From positions 1,152,001-1,216,000 of the forward strand of contig CAXXYE010000009.1 of assembly GCA_963674865.2 (NCBI GenBank): a DNA stretch of 64,000 bases. Reading direction: 5' to 3'. Below, piece by piece: positions 58,263 to 64,000 of this stretch. The notes beneath the pieces are model-generated. The model did no database searches and was not told where the DNA came from. It saw only the letters and a list, made by a program, of their open reading frames with translations. Position 1 is the stretch's first letter. Every line of letters begins with the position of its first letter. Origin of the DNA: Candidatus Hydrogenedentota bacterium. GTDB taxonomy: Bacteria; Hydrogenedentota; Hydrogenedentia; Hydrogenedentales; SLHB01. Made by a program: the position numbers and the translations under genes.

Positions 58263-60002
58263 CTATTTCTCGCTGCCTGTCCGGCGGAGGTCGTAGAGCA
58301 GGAGCTTGCGGGCGCGGTCGAGGTCGAGGGCGCGGACGAAGGCGATGCTCGAGAAGGTGCGGTCATAGGCGGGAAACGCCTCGGTTTCGAGTAGAATCCG
58401 GCCGAATTGGTGATGAAGGACGTGATCCGGTTCAGAACCGGCGGGAATGACGGAACATTCGTCGGGATAGTGGCTGTGGTAGAGTTCCTGCCAGTCGGTT
58501 AGGAAGTAGGGGGGAAGGCTCTTGTCCGGGGCGGCGTAGTCGTAGTAGCTGCCGCCGTCCAGGCCGCCTTCCTCCAGGTAGCCAAGCAGCACGGCCGACC
58601 ACGCGGCGCAGGCGGCATGCTCGGGAGTCTGAGCGATGAAATCCATGGCCCGCGGATAGGCGGAGCGCGTTTGCAGCACCTCGGCGTCGTGCCGCAGGGC
58701 GGACGCGGCGGCAAGGGCCAGCAGGGCGGCGGTCACCACGCGCGCGGCGCGTCGGCGCGGCGCGGGGACTTGCCACAGTGCGTCGGCTGAGATGGCGAGC
58801 GCAATGGCTAGGAAGGGATACAGGTACGTAAACGTGCGGGCCGCCTGGAGGGTTTTGAACGAGAAAATGAGCCAGGGCACGAGCAGTGCCGGGGTGAGAT
58901 ACAACCAGGCAGTACGACCTGACGCCGTGTCCTCTGCCTCGCGCCGGCCGCGCGCTCCGATAGCGGCCCACGCGCCGGCCACGGCCAAGAGGAGCATGGC
59001 GCCGAGCGCAATCGGGCCTTCGAATAGGTAGACGAAGTAGGGAAATAGCGCCACGCCCTGGCCATTTGCCGGGATGTGCGTGTGCATGGTTAGGCGGGGC
59101 AGGAGCAGTTCAAAGAAGGTGTGGTGGGCGTACGCGATGTCTTGCGAGCGGAAGAGGAGTATGAGGGGGTACGTGGTAGCCTCGGCCGCTATCAGCGCCG
59201 CGGCGAATCCGAGGAGCAGGCAGGCGCCGCCGCCGGCCAGCCGCCGGATGCGAACTCCCGCGCTCCCATCGCGGAGCGACACGCCGATGTGGATAACAAC
59301 CAGCAGGGGAAGCGCGCCTCCGGCCTGGAAGTTGGCGAGGAAGGCGAGTCCGGCGCAGAGGCCGGATGCCACGAGATGGCGGTAGGTGCCGCGCGGGTCG
59401 TGGGCGGCGCTCCAATGGAGATGGAGGAGCACGGCGAGGACGAGGAAGAAGCCCGACGTACACTGGGGATACGCGTTGCGGGAGAAATACACGTGGTAGC
59501 AGGATAGGGCCAGCATGCCGGCGGCGATGAGCGCCGTGCGGGGATTGCGCAGCCGGCGTGCAAGCAGATACACCGCCCCCACGGTGAGCACGCCGAAGGC
59601 GGCTTCGACAACGCTCGCCGCCCAGATCTTGAATCCCACAATTCCCATCACAAGGGCCGCGAGGTACGAGAAGAGCACTTTGGGAAGGAACGGCGCGCGC
59701 CGGGCGAGGGCGTCGCGTGCCTCGGGGACGAACTGTTCGAGCAGGAATGGCTCACCGCCTCGGACTTCAGCGAGCTTGCCGCGGGCCAGGTCGGCGTAGA
59801 CGCCCAACTCGATCTGCTTGCTCTGCGCGTCGAGGAGGTAGCGGCCCTCATCGACGGAGAAGATGCCGGCCTGCGTAATGCCGTAGAAACGGAGGAGGAT
59901 GGCGGCCACGAGGATGGCGGCAAGCGTGAGGCCGTGCCGCATGGACGATGGGGCGTCGCTGGGCGGTACTTGGCTGCTCTGGCCGGACGTGTCCGAACGC
60001 AT
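58263..60002 (-). CDS. GT-C glycosyltransferase (GT39/GT83, PMT/ArnT-like)
   Basis: LRFYGI..FSVDEGRY after TM1; multiple TMs; YHVYFSR. Confidence 0.8.
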   Translation of the reverse strand: MRSDTSGQSSQVPPSDAPSSMRHGLTLAAILVAAILLRFYGITQAGIFSVDEGRYLLDAQSKQIELGVYADLARGKLAEVRGGEPFLLEQFVPEARDALARRAPFLPKVLFSYLAALVMGIVGFKIWAASVVEAAFGVLTVGAVYLLARRLRNPRTALIAAGMLALSCYHVYFSRNAYPQCTSGFFLVLAVLLHLHWSAAHDPRGTYRHLVASGLCAGLAFLANFQAGGALPLLVVIHIGVSLRDGSAGVRIRRLAGGGACLLLGFAAALIAAEATTYPLILLFRSQDIAYAHHTFFELLLPRLTMHTHIPANGQGVALFPYFVYLFEGPIALGAMLLLAVAGAWAAIGARGRREAEDTASGRTAWLYLTPALLVPWLIFSFKTLQAARTFTYLYPFLAIALAISADALWQVPAPRRRAARVVTAALLALAAASALRHDAEVLQTRSAYPRAMDFIAQTPEHAACAAWSAVLLGYLEEGGLDGGSYYDYAAPDKSLPPYFLTDWQELYHSHYPDECSVIPAGSEPDHVLHHQFGRILLETEAFPAYDRTFSSIAFVRALDLDRARKLLLYDLRRTGSEK

Positions 60003-60170
60003 GATGACGGGTGTCTCCAGGCCCCGGCGCGCAAGATATCACGCGGGCCGGACGCGATCCAAGTCTGCGGCCGGCCCCGCCGGCTTTTGCACCGTCCCCG
60101 GCCCTCTTGTAAGATGGCCGCGGCACTCTCTGAGGTGGCTCGAGCGGGCGACGCCCTGACGGGATGGGGG

Positions 60171-61469
60171 ATGATTTCGCCATTGCGCTGGCTTGAATGG
60201 TTGATACGGATCTTTGGGGCGGGCCTCGTGTGCGCGGCCGCCGCAGGCACCCCTTTTGTGTTGTGGAAGCTCTACACGGGCCGCCACGCCGAGACGCCCA
60301 TTCGCGCGGCCATCCAGGAGCAGCCCCTTATCCTTTTTGTGGGAGTCTGCGCCCTGGGGGTCGGGGCGGCGGCGGTGCTGAAGGCGCGAGCCATTGTAGC
60401 CGGCCGGCGCTGGTTGAATCCGGCGTGGCTGCTGCGACACCGGCGTCGCGAACTTGCGCTGCTCGTGGCCAGTTCCCTGGCGTGTTTTGGCCTGCTCGAA
60501 GTCGCCAGTCGTGCCCTTTTCGCCCGGCAGTACGGATTCCCTTTCCGGCACTCCGTCGAGGAGTTAATCTACCCGCCGCTGCGGGAGCAGTTTCAGGCGC
60601 AGCCGTACTCGAAGGATAGCGTGAATATCCTGCTGCTGGGCGGGTCTGTTCTCTGGGGCGCGGGCAATCAACACCGGCTGGAACACACGTTCGACTATCC
60701 GTTGCACGTTTACAACATGGCGCAGACGGGACATTCTTCCCTGGACAGCCTGAATAAATGCCTCTGGCTCTCTCGCCGGGGCTACACGTTCGACTACGTG
60801 ATCTTCTACCACGGCATCAACGAGACGCGGGCGAATAATGCGCCGCCGGACGTGTTCTCGGAGGACTACGATCATTATTCGTTCTACCGGCTTACGAACA
60901 CGGTGTTCCAGGGGCAGAGGCCGGTGCAAGCCGTCCTCTTGCGCTCTTCGCTGTGCTTCCGGATATATCGCCTATGGGCGACGCTCCGCGAGACGCGGAC
61001 ATTTGGCCGGCGCTATTTGCACATCGCCTTCCCAAGGGAGGACTGGCTGAAGTATGCGGCGGACGTTCGCTCGGCGGATTCCTTCCGGCGCAATCTCGAG
61101 CGGATTATTGCCCTGGCGGATGAACAGGGCAGCACGCTCATTGTGCCGTTTTTCGCGTATAACCCGGTGATGGACAAGTGGGTTGCGAGCCGGGCGTTCC
61201 GCGAGGAGGGGAAGAAGCGGATGACGGAATGGGGCCTGACAGAGTACGTGCGAAAGGGCACGCAGGAGCATAACGCTGTCATCGTGAGCCTGCGGGATAG
61301 GTTTGTGTACGCGGATGATACGAAGCGGCTAATGGACGATGAGGCCAACTTCGTCGATGACTGCCATTTTGCCCCGGAGATTCAGGACGCCTTTCTGGAG
61401 ATTCTGATGGCGGCTTTGCGGCGCGTCGAGCGGCCCCACGAGGAGGTAGGGGCGACTCATGGCGGATAA
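60171..61469 (+). CDS. Membrane-anchored SGNH hydrolase/O-acyltransferase-like protein
   Basis: N-terminal TMs; LLGGSV, HGINE and DDCHF blocks; start tentatively at ATG 60171. Confidence 0.7.
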   Translation: MISPLRWLEWLIRIFGAGLVCAAAAGTPFVLWKLYTGRHAETPIRAAIQEQPLILFVGVCALGVGAAAVLKARAIVAGRRWLNPAWLLRHRRRELALLVASSLACFGLLEVASRALFARQYGFPFRHSVEELIYPPLREQFQAQPYSKDSVNILLLGGSVLWGAGNQHRLEHTFDYPLHVYNMAQTGHSSLDSLNKCLWLSRRGYTFDYVIFYHGINETRANNAPPDVFSEDYDHYSFYRLTNTVFQGQRPVQAVLLRSSLCFRIYRLWATLRETRTFGRRYLHIAFPREDWLKYAADVRSADSFRRNLERIIALADEQGSTLIVPFFAYNPVMDKWVASRAFREEGKKRMTEWGLTEYVRKGTQEHNAVIVSLRDRFVYADDTKRLMDDEANFVDDCHFAPEIQDAFLEILMAALRRVERPHEEVGATHGG

Positions 61470-63675
61470 GCGGCGGGGCGCAGTCCTTACATCCGAGCGT
61501 CTACTCTTCTGGACGGCGGTTGCCATGGCCTTGGTGATGACGGGCGTATTCGCGCGGCCCCTGTTTATGAGCGCCGTGTACGTCGAGGACGATCTGATAG
61601 GCTTCCACCTGCCGCTACGCTTCTTCTACCAAGGCTGTCTCGTCAGGGGCGACTCATTTGCCTGGATGCCGGACCTCTTCATGGGCGTCTATGCCCACGG
61701 CGAGGGCCAGGCGGGGATGCTCCATCCGCTGCACGTGTTTCTCTATCGCTTCCTGCCGCTGGATCGGGCGTTCATGCTCGAGTTGGTGCTGAGTTATCCC
61801 TTCATGTTGCTGGGGCTGTGCCTGTTGCTCCGCCGTTGGCCGGTGCCGCGATTCGCCGCGGTGCTGGGCGCTGCCACGTTCACCTATTGCGGCTTCCCCA
61901 TGTGCCACTACGTTCATCCGAACATGGTGGCGGCCGTGGCCCATGTGCCGTGGCTGCTATGGCTGCTCGACGTGGCTCTGTGCTCGGAGCGAAAACGTTC
62001 GGCGGCCGCGGCGGCGGTGGGGATTGGATTGCTGACAGGCTCCCAGTTGCTTTGCGGCCATCCGGAATCAGTGTGCTGGTCGGGCCTTCTGGAAGCGGCG
62101 TACGCGGCGTTTCTCTGGCCTCGCACGCGTGCTTGCCGGCGTTATCTGCACGTACTCGCCGGGAAGGTACTTGGCGTTATGCTCGGGGCGCTCCAGTGGC
62201 TTCCCACGATGGAGATGCTGAAGTACTCCGAGCGGGCGGCTACCACGTTCGACGCGCAATCGCTCAGCCCCGTGAACCTGTTCCAGTTCGTTAGTCCGTA
62301 CCTGTTCCACCGGCGCATGGTAGGCACGGTACCGTGGAATGCGCTGTACACGGGGGCCGTCACCGCTGTGCTTGCCGTCTGGTTGATGGGCCGCGTTCGC
62401 AAGCTAGGCCGCCTTAGGCCCCTCGCGTGGGCGGCCATCGCGGCGGCCCTGGCGGGCCTCTTCCTGGCGGGAGGGACTTACACCGGCGCGGATCGGCTCC
62501 TCTTTCACCTCCCCGTAGTGCGGGCGTTTCATACCATGGAGCGCTATGTTTTGTTCGTCCACCTCGGACTTGCCGTTCTCATGGCCATTGCCCTGGCGGA
62601 ACTGCATGCCGCGCGCGCGCGGCATGAGCGATTCGAGCGGGGCCGGGCCTGGAGCCTTGCCGTGCTCCCAGGTGTGAGTTGGCTGTTGGTACTGGCCGTG
62701 GCATTGGTGCGTCTGCGCGGTGGGGCACTGCCTCATGGCCTTGTGGAAACATGGGTGGCGCCCACGAGGAACCTCGCGATTGGCGCTGTCCTCGTCACTG
62801 CGGCGGCGGGACTGGTGTTCGCGGCGGCACGGGGCTTCGGCCCGGCGCTCATAGCCATCGTGCTGTTCGCCACGCTGGATATCTCGCTGTACGGACTGCG
62901 CCACAAGGATCACGAGCGCCTTGACACGCTACTGCAAGGAATCGAGATGCCCCCTGAGACGGGGGCATACCGGGTGGCCTCGTATTACCAGCCAGGCTAC
63001 GGCGTCGATGTACCTATCATGCGCGGCGTGAAGCTACAAAGCGGCTACTTCGCACTCAGGCCGCGGCGGCTCTTGGACTACTCGGATATCACCGCGCTGC
63101 GGCTGGCTTCGGTGGGCGCGCGGAAGGTGCGGTACGGCCAATGGCCCGAGGCCGCGTACGCGCCGGATCGAGGCGAGCGGTGGGAGCTGGCGCCCGATCC
63201 GATGCCGCGAGTTCGGCTCGTGACGGATGCGGTGGTGAGCGATGAGCCGGCGCATGCGATAGACAGCGTCGACATTGCGAGGACGGCCATCGTCGATGAG
63301 GCCGTAGCGCTCGGAGGTGGGGAGACGGGCAAGGCAGACATCCTGTCGGATCGTCCCGGGCGCGTCGAGGTCCGGACAGAGGCGCCGGCGGCGCAGCTTC
63401 TAGTGATTTCGGAGAGTTATCATCCGGGCTGGCGCGCCGATATCGGTGGCCAAGCCGCGTCCGTGTTGCGCGTGAACGGGGACTTCATGGGATGCGTCGT
63501 GCCCCCCGGTGAGCACCGGATCGCCTTTCAGTTTGATCCGGACAGCTTGTGTGTAGGCAAGTGGCTTAGCCTGGCCGGGGCCGTACTCACGTTCGTGTAC
63601 GCCGTTCTGGCGTTAGCGCCGTGGCGGGGACGGGCGACTGCGGAAGGCGCTTTCAAGGAGGACATAAGGCCATGA
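61459..63675 (+). CDS. YfhO-family GT-C membrane protein
   Basis: EDDL after TM1, many TMs, C-terminal LLVISESYHPGWRA..GEHRIAFQF. Confidence 0.82.
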   Translation: MADKRRGAVLTSERLLFWTAVAMALVMTGVFARPLFMSAVYVEDDLIGFHLPLRFFYQGCLVRGDSFAWMPDLFMGVYAHGEGQAGMLHPLHVFLYRFLPLDRAFMLELVLSYPFMLLGLCLLLRRWPVPRFAAVLGAATFTYCGFPMCHYVHPNMVAAVAHVPWLLWLLDVALCSERKRSAAAAAVGIGLLTGSQLLCGHPESVCWSGLLEAAYAAFLWPRTRACRRYLHVLAGKVLGVMLGALQWLPTMEMLKYSERAATTFDAQSLSPVNLFQFVSPYLFHRRMVGTVPWNALYTGAVTAVLAVWLMGRVRKLGRLRPLAWAAIAAALAGLFLAGGTYTGADRLLFHLPVVRAFHTMERYVLFVHLGLAVLMAIALAELHAARARHERFERGRAWSLAVLPGVSWLLVLAVALVRLRGGALPHGLVETWVAPTRNLAIGAVLVTAAAGLVFAAARGFGPALIAIVLFATLDISLYGLRHKDHERLDTLLQGIEMPPETGAYRVASYYQPGYGVDVPIMRGVKLQSGYFALRPRRLLDYSDITALRLASVGARKVRYGQWPEAAYAPDRGERWELAPDPMPRVRLVTDAVVSDEPAHAIDSVDIARTAIVDEAVALGGGETGKADILSDRPGRVEVRTEAPAAQLLVISESYHPGWRADIGGQAASVLRVNGDFMGCVVPPGEHRIAFQFDPDSLCVGKWLSLAGAVLTFVYAVLALAPWRGRATAEGAFKEDIRP

Positions 63676-64000
63676 TGACATCACGAGAAAGGGTGCGGCG
63701 TGCGCTCCAACACGAAGAGCCGGATCATGTTCCTCTCGACCTTGGCGCGAGCGCCGTGACGGGAATGCACGTGAATTCGGTGTATGCGTTGCGGCAGGCC
63801 CTCGGTTTGGACGCCCCGGGGACGCCGGTGAAGGTCGTCGAGCCGTATCAAATGTTGGGCGAAGTGGCGGCAGACCTCATCGAGGCGCTCGGTGTGGACG
63901 TGATCGGCCTGGGTGGCCGGCACACGCTATTCGGATTCGAGAACAAGGACTGGAAACCTTGGACGACCTTCCAAGGGACGCCCGTGCTGGTTCCCGGGGC
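63672..64000 (+). CDS. URO-D/methyltransferase-family protein (N-terminal part; runs off window)
   Basis: Manual translation (M)MTSRERVRRALQHEEPDHVPLDLGASAVTGMH; start overlaps the YfhO stop. Confidence 0.8.
   Translation, partial: MMTSRERVRRALQHEEPDHVPLDLGASAVTGMHVNSVYALRQALGLDAPGTPVKVVEPYQMLGEVAADLIEALGVDVIGLGGRHTLFGFENKDWKPWTTFQGTPVLVPG

Noticed and set aside
59934..60170. Longer N-terminus of the SGNH ORF
   Set aside because: It overlaps the start of the divergent GT gene and looks non-coding; ATG 60171 is preferred.

Overview
GC-rich bacterial chromosomal window with about 45 protein-coding genes. I saw no rRNA, tRNA, CRISPR array or transposase. GEGEGE linkers, 'GCP' lipoboxes and GC...GD-TM-RR C-terminal tails suggest Candidatus Hydrogenedentota or a similar lineage (inference only). 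Housekeeping and metabolic genes are purN, a dapF-like gene, cysK, nagA, galK (frameshifted), ppdK, a csp gene and a MalK/MsmX-type ATPase. Many glycan-related genes are scattered through the window (GH63-like, BNR/sialidase-like, heparinase II/III-like, a frameshifted GH20, deacetylase-like genes, two GT-C proteins and an SGNH protein). The most unusual region, ~14.8-25.2 kb, is a promoter-led, co-directional cohesin-dockerin cluster with no CAZyme. It holds two dockerin proteins, three single-cohesin membrane-anchored proteins, a small secreted protein and a 1695-aa anchored S8 protease. Three members share a C-terminal GD-TM-RR tail, and the first ORF ends in a RAPP-like 'HAPP' motif that could be a translation-arrest monitor. 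A second notable locus is an orphan PilV/PilW/PilX-like triad whose PilX-like protein carries a CxxCH motif. All product calls come from motif reading by eye; no database searches were run.
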